From: Escherichia coli | Lineage (GTDB): Bacteria > Pseudomonadota > Gammaproteobacteria > Enterobacterales > Enterobacteriaceae | Length of the DNA stretch: 64,000 bases | Assembly: GCF_045037415.1 (NCBI RefSeq) | Contig: NZ_CP173438.1 | Reading direction: 5' to 3' (one strand) | In this document: one piece after another, positions 21,213 through 31,641 of the stretch | Layout of the letters: every line of letters begins with the position of its first letter | How positions within the stretch are numbered: position 1 is the first letter of the stretch | Made by a program: the position numbers and the translations under genes | The notes under the pieces: model-generated | Told to the model about the DNA's origin: nothing | What the model saw: the letters and a program-made list of their open reading frames with translations, nothing else | Databases searched by the model: none

Positions 21213-21689
21213 TTAAAGCAGACCGTGTTCGGCAAAGGAGAATACCTGGTTGCCACCGACTATCAGATGGTCCGGCACCCGGATATCCACCAGGGCCAGC
21301 GCCTGTACCAGACGTTCAGTGATAAGCCGGTCTGCCTTACTGGGGGTGACTTCACCGGACGGGTGATTGTGCGCCAGCACCACGGCAGCGGCATTGTGGT
21401 ACAGGGCACGTTTAATCACCTCCCGGGGATGGACTTCTGTGCGGTTGATGGTGCCTGTGAAGAGGGTTTCACCCGCAATCAGCTGATTCTGGTTGTTCAG
21501 ATACAGCACCCGGAACTCTTCCCGCTCCAGTCCTGCCATGTTCAGAATCAGCCATTCCCGTGCCGCATGCGTGGAGGTGAAGGCCACACCGGGTTCATGA
21601 AGATGGCGGTCCAGGGTTTTCAGGGCCCGCAGAATGAGACTGCGCTCTCTGGTTGTCATCTCTCCGGGCAGAAAGGAAAGTTGTTGCAT
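21213..21689 (-). CDS. RadC-like JAB-domain protein (YeeS/YfjY-like)
   Basis: JAMM-type motif (HNHPSGEVTPSKADRLIT); start placed at MQQLSF, the ORF track start at 21734 would overlap the upstream gene. Confidence 0.8.
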   Translation of the reverse strand: MQQLSFLPGEMTTRERSLILRALKTLDRHLHEPGVAFTSTHAAREWLILNMAGLEREEFRVLYLNNQNQLIAGETLFTGTINRTEVHPREVIKRALYHNAAAVVLAHNHPSGEVTPSKADRLITERLVQALALVDIRVPDHLIVGGNQVFSFAEHGLL

Positions 21690-21703
21690 TGTGCTTCTCC
21701 GGC

Positions 21704-22183
21704 TCAGTCGATGATGCGCATAATGGCGCTGCATTCAGGATGCTGCAGGGCGTAATCCCGCAGCCGGTAATAATGGACCGTCATGGCATAACACTCCGTA
21801 CGACAGGCATGATGGCTGTACGTCATCAGACAGGCGGCAATACCGGCGGCTTCCGGGCTCATTTCAGCGCGGTTACCGTTCATGGCATTGAACAGTACCC
21901 ATGTTTCGTCATCATCGTCATCCGGTTCGGGTGCCATAAATGCCCCGCCGTTGTTCAGGGTATACAGATTCCAGATACCACCGCAGTAGTCTTCACACAG
22001 ACGGTCCATCCAGCCGAAGACACGGGGCTCCAGGGTCACCCACTGTGGAATGAGGCCAAAATGCTGCGGCCAAAAGCTGATGCGCTGTTCATCAGGGACG
22101 AGGCTGGCAACCAACTGAGGCGGATTATTCTCTGGTGTTGTAGCTGAATAAATTGTGGGGGTATTCTGAGAAACGCTTTTCAT
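21704..22183 (-). CDS. antirestriction protein, KlcA/ArdB-like (YfjX-like), 159 aa
   Basis: Acidic stretch (PEPDDDDDETW) and overall resemblance to YfjX/YeeR paralogs. Confidence 0.65.
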   Translation of the reverse strand: MKSVSQNTPTIYSATTPENNPPQLVASLVPDEQRISFWPQHFGLIPQWVTLEPRVFGWMDRLCEDYCGGIWNLYTLNNGGAFMAPEPDDDDDETWVLFNAMNGNRAEMSPEAAGIAACLMTYSHHACRTECYAMTVHYYRLRDYALQHPECSAIMRIID

Positions 22184-22264
22184 GAGATAACTCCTTAAAT
22201 AACAAATAAAAGTGTGTTTTTCAGGAACGAAAGCTGAATGATTCCCTCACTCAGGGAAACGGCA

Positions 22265-23083
22265 TCAGCGCAGGCTCTCCAGCATCGTTTCTGCCATCAC
22301 CCACAATGCGCGGTTGAGTTTAATATCGGTGTCGATGCTGTGAATGGCCCGGGTATGGATACGTTTTCCTTTTGCACTGCGACCGGAAATCCCGCCTTTC
22401 AGCATATTCTCCTGGATGGTCTGATATGCGCTCCACAGGTCCTTACCGTAATCCTCCCGGCGTCGCGGCGTCAGAATGTCGGCGGTGGTGACGGGCTGAT
22501 GTTCGTCACCATAACGGTAAGTCAGTGCCGCCTGTGCCAGCGCCTGGCGTGCCGGTGGCGGCAGGACCAGCGACTGCATGGCATCACGCTTCTCCTCTAT
22601 CCGGTCAAACACGCCCACCACTTCGTAAGCCCCTTCAATGACTCTGTCCACCACATTTCCCCGGTGCGGAACACGCACTTCCCCCAGAGACTGGCCACAG
22701 ACGCACCCGTTCTGGCAGACGAACCTGAAGTAACCCGGCAGCATCTGATAGCTGGAGGTACCGTCATGAGAGTTGAGCAGAATAATTTCAGGGACATGTT
22801 CTCCGTTTATCTCTCCGGCCCGCCGCAGACGCAGCATGTGTTTGGTGTATTCCCGGCGGCTCTGGTCGCGCACACGGGGCTGGCAGGCGAAGAACGGCTG
22901 AAAGCCTTCCCGCTGCAGATTTTCCAGGACGGTAATGGTGGGAATGTACGCATACCGTTCACTGCGGGAGGTGTGCCGGTCTTCTCCAAAAATACTCGGG
23001 ACGTGGTACATCAGTTCTTCGCGTGTCAGTGGGCGCTCCCGACGGATCTGATTTACATGACCAAAACGACTGGCTAATTGCAT
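22265..23083 (-). CDS. DUF932 (YfjQ/YafZ-like) protein, 272 aa
   Basis: Length and position within the CP4-57-like cassette; family assignment by recollection. Confidence 0.6.
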   Translation of the reverse strand: MQLASRFGHVNQIRRERPLTREELMYHVPSIFGEDRHTSRSERYAYIPTITVLENLQREGFQPFFACQPRVRDQSRREYTKHMLRLRRAGEINGEHVPEIILLNSHDGTSSYQMLPGYFRFVCQNGCVCGQSLGEVRVPHRGNVVDRVIEGAYEVVGVFDRIEEKRDAMQSLVLPPPARQALAQAALTYRYGDEHQPVTTADILTPRRREDYGKDLWSAYQTIQENMLKGGISGRSAKGKRIHTRAIHSIDTDIKLNRALWVMAETMLESLR

Positions 23084-23172
23084 ACTTTGCTCCTTATGAA
23101 TGAATTAGCGGTATAAACGAAAAAGCCGCGTCTCCCGGAGAAGACGCGGCCTGATGGATGAAATGAAGACGT

Positions 23173-23406
23173 TTATTGCCTGAGAATTCCCTCACTGGCG
23201 AGATACGAATTTAGCTGTTTTCCGGCATCAGGTTCAAAATTCCAGCACCGCCAGCGTAGCTGCCCTTCGGCATTGCGGATAACCAGCCGGAAATGCGTTC
23301 CCTGGTCATCTTCAATAAGCACATTGCGGTAAGCTGTTGTGACGGCAACCGCCTGTTCGCGTGAGAAAGGGCCTTCGGGCAATAAAACAGGGTGGCAGTC
23401 CGACAT
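23173..23406 (-). CDS. small conserved hypothetical protein (77 aa)
   Basis: Co-oriented, tightly spaced ORF within the cassette. Confidence 0.45.
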   Translation of the reverse strand: MSDCHPVLLPEGPFSREQAVAVTTAYRNVLIEDDQGTHFRLVIRNAEGQLRWRCWNFEPDAGKQLNSYLASEGILRQ

Positions 23407-23411
23407 ACCGA

Positions 23412-24089
23412 CTATTTTCCGATAAATTCAACGCTGGCGCCGGTGGCATTACCGTCAGCACCAACCGTGACGGTCACTTTGTCGTACGCACGGTCTTCAG
23501 GATTGAATACTTCAAACTCAACCTTATTGCCTTTTACTTCGTAAGAGCCAAAATCAGCGGTTTCTGTTGTTTCCTCGTCATATTCCCGGGCGTATGCCTG
23601 CCGGGCAGCCTGCAGGACGGAATCTTTATTAATAGTGGTCGTCTGTTTCGGGGAAAAACCGGCAAGTGATGTGACAAATTTCGGACAGACCTTCAGCATA
23701 TCACCGCGGGTGAATTCCATTCGTACACCAAATGCCTGTAAAACGGACACATCACGCTCTGCTATGGAGTGAACGGCTTTTTTGACCATTTCCGGCGCCT
23801 GTCCGATTTCCACCTCAACAGCCCTGAATCCCGTCTGCTGATTACACATTTGTGATGTGGGGATCAGGTTACCGTTAATACTGATACGGCTGCCCAGGAG
23901 CGTCTGTACACCATTCGGGCATCCCTGCATCAGGCCAGTAATACCAATCGTGCCATTTTTCAGCATTACCAGCGCCTGACCATCTTCCGTCATGGTCTGA
24001 CACCAGCCGTTTTTGACAGCCCAGTTGCCGGCGGAGGCGGAGAATGATGCCACAGTGAACAGCAGGGGAAAAAGAGCTCTGGTATTCAT
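23412..24089 (-). CDS. secreted hypothetical protein with signal peptide (about 225 aa)
   Basis: Start placed at [20 protein letters not shown] (signal-peptide-like); ATG at 24087-24089 verified on sequence. Confidence 0.5.
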   Translation of the reverse strand: MNTRALFPLLFTVASFSASAGNWAVKNGWCQTMTEDGQALVMLKNGTIGITGLMQGCPNGVQTLLGSRISINGNLIPTSQMCNQQTGFRAVEVEIGQAPEMVKKAVHSIAERDVSVLQAFGVRMEFTRGDMLKVCPKFVTSLAGFSPKQTTTINKDSVLQAARQAYAREYDEETTETADFGSYEVKGNKVEFEVFNPEDRAYDKVTVTVGADGNATGASVEFIGK

Positions 24090-24236
24090 GACTGACCTCT
24101 GAAATGAACGTACGGTGTTATTGATAATGATGGAAGGTATGCAGTGACTGTTCAGGGAATGACGTAGCCGTATATTTAGTTTTCTGTTCAACATATTGTC
24201 TCCATACCTGTCGGGACGGCTTTGGCAGGCCGGCGA

Positions 24237-24917
24237 TCACAGGTTAAAGGTGTTGATAAGTTTATGGATGAAAGAGAAATGTGGCAGGGCGGAGATAAAA
24301 CGCTCTTCAGCGACCAGACTGTGGATGTGGCCTCTCCGTTCAAACCGTTCTGATGTCAGGCTGACTGATTTGATATCTGCCAGAGGAAAGACCTGCAGTT
24401 TTCCCTTCTGTAACGCGATCAGATACCAGCTACCGCTGTAATAAATGAGCCGGCAGGGCTCCAGTGACGGATACCATCGCTCAGTCATCAGAGAGATGTG
24501 GATACACTGTCTTATTGCCAGGATGAGTTGCGAGAAACACTCGGGGAACGTTGCAGTGATATCCGGCGCCGGTAGCCAGATAAGGCAGGGAGAGGGCTCC
24601 TGGTTGTCGGTAAGACAGGTTATCAGTCGTCCGTTCCGGAGCGGAAGTATCCGTGCGATCCCGGTATTCTGTATAAAAGAAAGCATTTCAGGGATCGCAC
24701 CTGGGCTGCTCTGTCGTCTGAGACTGTACCGGCCATTTCTGTACTCTAAGTCCAGGTGAACCAGACGCTGATGAAAATCGCGCTGTAAGGTACGTTCTGT
24801 AACACCAAATTCATCTGACAGTGTTTTTAGTGACAGAGATTCTCCGGCCATCAGTCGGCTGATAATGAGTGATAAGCGAACCGCCAGGCGATCATGCCGG
24901 GAACGATTATCAGACAT
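24237..24917 (-). CDS. WYL-domain transcriptional regulator (YfjR-like), 226 aa
   Basis: N-terminal HTH (LSLKTLSDEFGVTERTLQRDF) and C-terminal ...GSWYLIA... WYL-type segment. Confidence 0.7.
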   Translation of the reverse strand: MSDNRSRHDRLAVRLSLIISRLMAGESLSLKTLSDEFGVTERTLQRDFHQRLVHLDLEYRNGRYSLRRQSSPGAIPEMLSFIQNTGIARILPLRNGRLITCLTDNQEPSPCLIWLPAPDITATFPECFSQLILAIRQCIHISLMTERWYPSLEPCRLIYYSGSWYLIALQKGKLQVFPLADIKSVSLTSERFERRGHIHSLVAEERFISALPHFSFIHKLINTFNL

Positions 24918-25119
24918 AGATGTGCACTCCGTAAGAAAACATCTTTTATTTCATGATGTTATTATGCATCATGATGTTGAAAGGATGTGTCGCATCCGAA
25001 TAATCAGAAATAAAATGCAGCAGAAAAAATATTCCTTTAATTATCTGATTTTTAAGCAGGGTTTCATAAAAAGAAGAATGCTTGTTAATCCAGCGACACA
25101 TCCTGTCGGCGTGAGTGTG

Positions 25120-26004
25120 TCAGAACAGACGATCCCACAGTGTGACCAGCAAGTGGATAATGCGGTCCCGGGCCTTACGCAGAAGCTGTAACATCCAGGC
25201 CGGAAAGCTGAATTGGGCAACGGCAGCGTCAAAGCTTTTCCCGATGGCGTCACCAAAAGTTTGTTGTGCGTGTTTCCGGGCCTGTTCAGAGCGGTTTTCC
25301 CCCCGGATATGTGAATAAACTGCGCTGGTTGCCTGTGGTGGCAGTGCGTGGATCATCAGCGACACCAGTGCCGGAAGATTCCAGCCGACAGGTGCGGCAA
25401 CGGAGAGTACCGGAAATGATGAAGGGAACAGGGTTGCCACCCGGGCTGTTACTGTTGCCAGTGAGAGTTCCTGCTGACGGGACGGGCATTTTTCTGTGTC
25501 GTTCCATTCTTCAGCAGGAAACACGCGATCGGCATGGCTGAGAACAAACAGAAAACGCGAGGGATCTGCACCTTCATTCAGTAAAAACTGATGCATGGCA
25601 ATATCGGCAGCATACGCACGTTCATCAGCCCGCAGGATCCAGATAATCAGATCCAGTTCCGGCAGTAACTGACGATAAAGCTCCCGGTATTCCTGATCAT
25701 GCTGCGGTGTCTCACCAATGCCGGGCATATCGACCAGCGTCATTCTGCGTTCACCGAGCTGCAGGGTAAGACGATGAGCCTGGCGGGTGCAGCCGTTCAG
25801 GGGATGCGTGGCGCAGATACGGGACTGAAAAATGGCATTACACAGACTGCTTTTGCCGGTGCCGGATTTACCCATAATGCCAATTACGGGCTCGTAATGA
25901 ATAACACCGTGGAGATGTTCAAGGATTTTCTGGCGAATTTCTTCAGGAAGAAACGTCAGATATGATTTTACTTGTGCAGAGAGGGAAGAATGGCTGAATG
26001 ACAT
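25120..26004 (-). CDS. YfjP/YkfA-like GTPase (294 aa)
   Basis: Walker A GKSGTGKSS and DMPG G3-like motif; first gene of the minus-strand cassette. Confidence 0.75.
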   Translation of the reverse strand: MSFSHSSLSAQVKSYLTFLPEEIRQKILEHLHGVIHYEPVIGIMGKSGTGKSSLCNAIFQSRICATHPLNGCTRQAHRLTLQLGERRMTLVDMPGIGETPQHDQEYRELYRQLLPELDLIIWILRADERAYAADIAMHQFLLNEGADPSRFLFVLSHADRVFPAEEWNDTEKCPSRQQELSLATVTARVATLFPSSFPVLSVAAPVGWNLPALVSLMIHALPPQATSAVYSHIRGENRSEQARKHAQQTFGDAIGKSFDAAVAQFSFPAWMLQLLRKARDRIIHLLVTLWDRLF

Positions 26005-26188
26005 ACCGGTATCCTGTTGATTTCGCTGAACCGGATCACACTAATCCGGTTTATCATTCAGGTAATATGGACGTGAAAAATGATGGAATGTCTGAATTAC
26101 GGACATGATTGTTAAAGTGTAATGGAGTATGAAGTGAGTTTTTCCGAACGGGAACTAATGACATACTGCGGTTTCAGGAGATGAGAGG

Positions 26189-27319
26189 ATGACCGGACGT
26201 AAAAACAAATGTGTCAGAAAAAATTGTAACAATCAGGTTTTCTCAGTAAAAATGGCAGTGGAGAAAAGACTGTGCAGAAAACATTATGAGAGGTTTTGTG
26301 AGCTCAAAAAAAGAAGAGAGCAAAATCCTGTTCACAGATTAAATGAAGCATTGCCAAGAAAGATAAAAGGACCAAAAAGTAAGAAAAAATTAGTAAAAGA
26401 AAGAGAAATCATTAACAGCAGAAAAAAACATAAACAGGAGCAGGGACCATCGCTGACTGAACTTAATAAAAAAGTTCGTGAGATACTGAAAACTCCTGCA
26501 TGGAGAACGCTGGAAACGAGAATTCGAAGAAACGGAATCACATTTAAGTCAAAAGCAGAGTTAGATGCGCTTTCTGAACTTTATGCAATTTATTCATGGG
26601 TTTCATATTGCAAACGGGGCGATAATTATTCTGTGTGGTTTTTGAATTGTCCGGATGTAAATATAAACCTTCATGTGTGCGAATGCCGGTCTTCTGAAAG
26701 CGATTGTTATCTGCCATCTCGTTTTATTATTCTTCCAGCTCCATTAAGGCAAAAAGTAAAAAGAAAATACTCTGCTAATTCGTCTGGGGTACCAGGACAT
26801 AATGATTCAAAAAGTCTTTATAAGACAGTTTTGTCTGTTTGTGGTGGGAAAAGAGAAACCGAAATGTTCTTTTATTCATTGCCAGTAAAGACTAATCATC
26901 ATCCTTACTGGATTAAAAGTGGTGTGGTTAAAAGATTCCCTCCTGTTTTTGGTTTGTTGTTTTATGAACAGGAAAGATTAACAGGAGGTGTTTTTCGTTA
27001 TGTGTTGATAAGATTTTATAATACTTTTAAAGAGAATTTGTTTTTTGTTGAGATTGTATCGTGCTGTTTTCTTGTTGAGCTTTTTCATGATATTGATTCA
27101 TTTTTTATAAATCAACGATTAAGTAAGCTGGAAAGTTTTATAGATAAGTGGAGGGAGGGTAAAGAAATCTGGATAAAAGTATATTTACAACTGATACATA
27201 CTATATTGGGAATAACTGAAACAGAAAAACTCGTCAATCTATATAATTCATTTTTTACTGATAAAGTGGTTCTCTGGGATGAATCAGTAAAAAAAGTTAA
27301 GTGGATTTATGAGAAATAG
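26189..27319 (+). CDS. orphan hypothetical protein, Lys-rich with Cys-rich N-terminus (376 aa)
   Basis: AT-rich ORF; N-terminus CVRKNC...CRKHYERFC suggests a zinc-ribbon; no family recognised. Confidence 0.45.
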   Translation: MTGRKNKCVRKNCNNQVFSVKMAVEKRLCRKHYERFCELKKRREQNPVHRLNEALPRKIKGPKSKKKLVKEREIINSRKKHKQEQGPSLTELNKKVREILKTPAWRTLETRIRRNGITFKSKAELDALSELYAIYSWVSYCKRGDNYSVWFLNCPDVNINLHVCECRSSESDCYLPSRFIILPAPLRQKVKRKYSANSSGVPGHNDSKSLYKTVLSVCGGKRETEMFFYSLPVKTNHHPYWIKSGVVKRFPPVFGLLFYEQERLTGGVFRYVLIRFYNTFKENLFFVEIVSCCFLVELFHDIDSFFINQRLSKLESFIDKWREGKEIWIKVYLQLIHTILGITETEKLVNLYNSFFTDKVVLWDESVKKVKWIYEK

Positions 27320-28817
27320 TACCATTTAACTGAAAGCCACCATAACGTCTTTTTGACTACATTTATGATAATGCGTCTCATTTTGTTTTCGTTTTTTTGT
27401 TCAGGGAAATTTTCCGAACATCAGTGATAATGAGGGTTTTGTTGTTTTTGCTTCTGCAATGTTTGAGGACTGTTCCTGGAGACGATTCGTTGCTTGTGAG
27501 CAAGAGGTGGTCCGCTTTACTGGACAAGTTTTGCATTTGTTGAGTGGTGAAATGGAAGTAAAAAGAGCCCCTTTCTGGCAATGGTTGAAAAAGTCAGTAG
27601 CGTGTGACAGTAAAAGCTAACATAAAGTGATTATCGTATGATTATGACAATGACTTATAACTTTTATGAAAAGAACAACAGAAACTACGAAGCCATAGCA
27701 GATTCCTGAGACCATGTTTTCTGAGGTAGAGAAAATAATTCCAGAGTAAATCTGTTCTGTTTTTAGGACAGAAAACTCCATGTTGGCTGTAAAAGTGAAA
27801 AATTAACACCCAGTATGTATGGAAGTCTGAAGATGTTGAGAATGTCGGTATGATACTATATACACATATTTTACTAAGTATTTTTACTAAGCATTTCAGT
27901 AAGTGTTATACACGTATTTTCATAAACACTTGTAGAAGTGTTTTCGTTAAGCATTGCTATACACATCCAGTTTAGTAAATCTTTACGTTAACTAAATCAG
28001 TTTAATGCTGCTGTAAAACCTTTCTGCTTCAGCAATCAATCTGCTATTCGATTTTACTGATGTTACGTTTAACCTTTCCTGAGATTTCGAGTTTTGAAGT
28101 TAGCATGAGAAAAGTATCTTTACGCTAAATCAACCCGAACTTTCCTGAAGTAATCTGACGTTCTTTTCGATGTGCTTACGACGATTCTGTTAAACGACTT
28201 TCTGGATGTTTTGATAACAATCAGATTGAGGCATTAACGATTCCTGACGTTTTCTTTTCCGTGTAAGGTCATTCTTTTTGTCATGAGGTTTCTTCTTGCA
28301 TTGCGAAAGTGTGATGAACGGTTTTGATATTTTGATTCAGATGAGGTTTACGTTATCGCAGTTAATCGTTTTTATGGTGTGTTGAAAAGTAACGTTTTCA
28401 GGATAAGAAAATCGATTCTGATATTGGTAGTTTTTGTTCTTGTGGTGGGGTTATCTGTAAACAGGTTTTAAGCGCGCTATTCGGCTCTGTGATCGAGTTG
28501 TGTGGTTAAGCTGTAGGTTTGGTGTTGTTGTTGATTTGCATTGCCAGGAAGCGTTCTGGTTGTGTTTCTGGTGTTTTGTTCGAATGTTCAGTGGATCCTT
28601 TCCCTTCTGACTTTTCTCGTCGTCCATGTCGTTTTTAAATCCATTCATGCCGTTGTTTTACGTTTTACTACCGTGTGCAGGATTATCTTTTCGCTGCGGG
28701 ATGGTTTGTTCCGTTCAATCAGGAGCCATTGGTGTTGCTCAATGGTGAAATACCGTAAAGTTTTACCGCGGTGATGAATGATGTGAAGTCAATCCAAATC
28801 AACGGAGATCTCTCATC

Positions 28818-29549
28818 ATGAATCAATCAATACACAATGCTTACTGGTTATCCCGCTTTGAAAGTATTCTCAACAGTGCCCTGGCGCAACACCGTGCCGT
28901 CTCGTTAATCCGGGTGGATTTACGTTTCCCTGAGTATATGCCTGTCACCATCATGGATCCCGATCCGGATTCAGCGGTGATTTCTCGTTTTTTCGAATCC
29001 CTGAAAGCCAAAATCCAGGCTTACCAGCGGAAAAAACGGCGTGCCAACAAGCGTGTGCGCGCAACCACTCTGCGTTATTTCTGGTGTCGGGAGTTTGGCA
29101 AGGAAAAAGGCAGGAAACATTATCACGTGATATTACTGCTCAACAAAGATACTTGGTGTTCACTCGGGGATTTCAGCGAACCGTCTTCGCTGGCGACGAT
29201 GATCCAACAGGCATGGTGCAGCGCTCTGCATCTTGAGTCCTGGCAAGGCGATGGCCTGGTCCATTTTTCCAGGAGGACGCCTTTCCGTAAACCAACATCG
29301 TCTGATGCTCGCCCTTCTTCCGATGATACGCCTGTGCCTGGTGGATGTTCTGAAACCAGGAAGGTTTCAGACAAAAAGTCTGGTGAAGCCGCTGTTCTCT
29401 GGATCAAGCGTGGTGATGTGGAAGCGATGCAGAAAGCCCGGAACAGAGCCAGTTATCTCGTGAAAAATGAAACGAAGTTGCATGATGGTTCAGGTCAACG
29501 TAATTATGGTTGCAGTCGTGGGCCGGGGCGTCTACTGGATGGCAGGTGA
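28818..29549 (+). CDS. YagK/YfjJ-family (inovirus Gp2-like) protein, 243 aa
   Basis: Resembles YfjJ/YagK paralogs (LIRVDLRFPE..., KHYHVILLLN); SD ggag 10 nt upstream. Confidence 0.7.
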   Translation: MNQSIHNAYWLSRFESILNSALAQHRAVSLIRVDLRFPEYMPVTIMDPDPDSAVISRFFESLKAKIQAYQRKKRRANKRVRATTLRYFWCREFGKEKGRKHYHVILLLNKDTWCSLGDFSEPSSLATMIQQAWCSALHLESWQGDGLVHFSRRTPFRKPTSSDARPSSDDTPVPGGCSETRKVSDKKSGEAAVLWIKRGDVEAMQKARNRASYLVKNETKLHDGSGQRNYGCSRGPGRLLDGR

Positions 29550-29876
29550 ACCCTGTAAAACAGCATCCGATGCCTGAGTTTATGCCAACGCCCTTAGCTC
29601 GCTTTCTGAAAAGTCGTCCTGAAGTAATGCAATGGATTGCCATCTACTTCCGTTCGTGACACATAAGTCGAAAAACGTTTGGTTGTTCTGGTTATTTGCA
29701 TTTACTGCCATTCATAGAAATGAACAGATCGATTGGTAGGACTCAAATGTTATAGCGTCTCTCTTCTCATAGTCTGCTTTGTACCAGACGCGGAATCCCC
29801 TAATGCTGGTGTACAGGTTCTGACTCATTTCCTCCCCCACTTTCATCCCGTTATACTGTGAAAAAAGGAGGTAGGC

Positions 29877-30119
29877 GTGAAACTGAAAATGCAGGATTTG
29901 AGGCTGTTTAATATCGTGTTCGAGAGCGATCCTGGCTGGATACTGGATTTCTCTAACCGCACCTTGTCTGCTTTTTTCGATGAAGAATTGAACATTGATA
30001 TTGATGATGAACGTTATCAGAAAGAGGGGGCGTCAAAAGCCAAACGAGTTAGATGCTTGCTGAAACAGGTTGATCGTGAGAACCGCTCTGCGGGTTCTTG
30101 GTGCGCTCTGGCAGTATAA
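29877..30119 (+). pseudogene. possible N-terminal fragment of frameshifted Mrr-like gene
   Basis: 80-aa ORF ending where the downstream endonuclease-like ORF begins in another frame (overlap 30070-30119). Confidence 0.3.
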
Positions 30120-30756
30120 AACGGAATCCATGCCTGAACAGGCTGAACAAAGCCGTAATGACTATCTTGCACTGATTTCCCGCTTAGAAAACGCTGACAC
30201 CGATGAAGCCAAAGGCGTTAAGCCTGTCCAGGCATGGCATGGTGTTGACTGGCATTCACTTATCGCTGAAATGAACGAGATGAAATCTCTGCCGCCACAT
30301 CCACGTGGTTTTCGGTTTGAAGCCTGGCTTGCTGAACTGTTCAGTATCTTTAAGCTTGCTCCTCGTTCGTCTTTCCGAAATACAGGAGAACAGATTGACG
30401 GAAGTTTCCGGCTGAATGATGAATTTTACCTGATGGAGGCAAAGTGGCATCAGAAAAGAACGTCGGCTGCCGACCTCCATGTATTTGAAGGAAAACTCAG
30501 TACCAAGGCAACCTGGACACGCGGTGTTTTTATCAGTTGGATGGGGTTTACGCCTGAAGGCCTGACGGCTTTTGGTAAAGGGAAGCGGGTTATCTGTGTC
30601 AGTGGTTATGATCTTTACCACTCACTGAATCATAGGATCCCTTTACCCGACCTTCTGGATGCTAAAACCCGGCACGCGGCTGAAACGGGAGAGCCCTATG
30701 CTGAGTTCGACCGACTATATGCACTGAAAGACAAACAGTTCGGCACGCTGAAATAA
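30070..30756 (+). CDS. restriction endonuclease-like (Mrr catalytic domain) protein
   Basis: PD-(D/E)xK-like pattern GEQIDGSF...LMEAKW...GVFISWMGF typical of Mrr-type nuclease domains; possibly frameshifted relative to the 29877 ORF. Confidence 0.5.
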   Translation: MIVRTALRVLGALWQYKTESMPEQAEQSRNDYLALISRLENADTDEAKGVKPVQAWHGVDWHSLIAEMNEMKSLPPHPRGFRFEAWLAELFSIFKLAPRSSFRNTGEQIDGSFRLNDEFYLMEAKWHQKRTSAADLHVFEGKLSTKATWTRGVFISWMGFTPEGLTAFGKGKRVICVSGYDLYHSLNHRIPLPDLLDAKTRHAAETGEPYAEFDRLYALKDKQFGTLK

Positions 30757-30770
30757 CGGGTTGGGAAGCG

Positions 30771-31363
30771 ATGACCTGCTCCCCGTTGTTTCACACAAAA
30801 TCGTGTACAGGGTCGAAGTTCTGGCTCAATGTGCTGGCTGAACTGAAAAACAGCGGCCTGAACGATATCCTTATCATCTGTGCAGATGGCCTGAAAGGCT
30901 TCCCAGATGCCATCAACACAGTATATTCGGAGACCCACATCCAGTTATGCATCGTGCATATGGTGCGCAACAGTCTGCGCTTCGTGTCATGGAAGGACTA
31001 CAAAGCCGTCACTCGCGACCTGAAAGAGATTTAATCAGGCACCCACGGAAGAGGCAGGCTAGCAAGCACTAGATAAGCCGACGCTGGCAGGCTAACTGGC
31101 CGAATCTTACTACGTTCTTCGCTTATCTGACGGACATCCGCAAAGTGATCTATACGACAAATGCCATCGAGTCACTAAACAGTGTGATCCGCCATGCGAT
31201 CAAAAAGCGTAAAGTGTTCCCGACAGACGACTCGGTGAAAAAAGTGGTGTGGCTGGCAATCCAGTCTGCGTCCCAGAAATGGACAGTGCCATTGAAGGAC
31301 TGGCGTATGGCAATGAGCCGCTTTATTATCGAGTTCGGTGACCGCCTGAACGGTCACTTCTGA
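30771..31363 (+). mobile_element. IS256-family (mutator-type) transposase remnant
   Basis: Two ORF fragments (LKGFPDAINTVY...LCIVHMVRNS and ...TTNAIESLNSVIR...) match conserved IS256-family transposase segments; internally deleted. Confidence 0.65.
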
Positions 31364-31641
31364 GAAAAGGCATTTACACAGAATCCTAAACAGGTTCCGA
31401 CATTCTTCACTCATACTAAACATCTTGTCACTTGACGCAGGGCTGAAAGTTCTACAACAACGGTATACCAATATGATATTGGTTTACTAAATTTTTTGGG
31501 GATCCATCAGGGAATTTCTCCCTATATTTCCAGACTCCTGTTATCATTTAACCCATTACTGATCCGCTGCCACATATATACCTGCGGCGAGCGATAACCT
31601 AGAGCTATGCTGCATTGTAATGTTCGATCGCTACTGCATGG

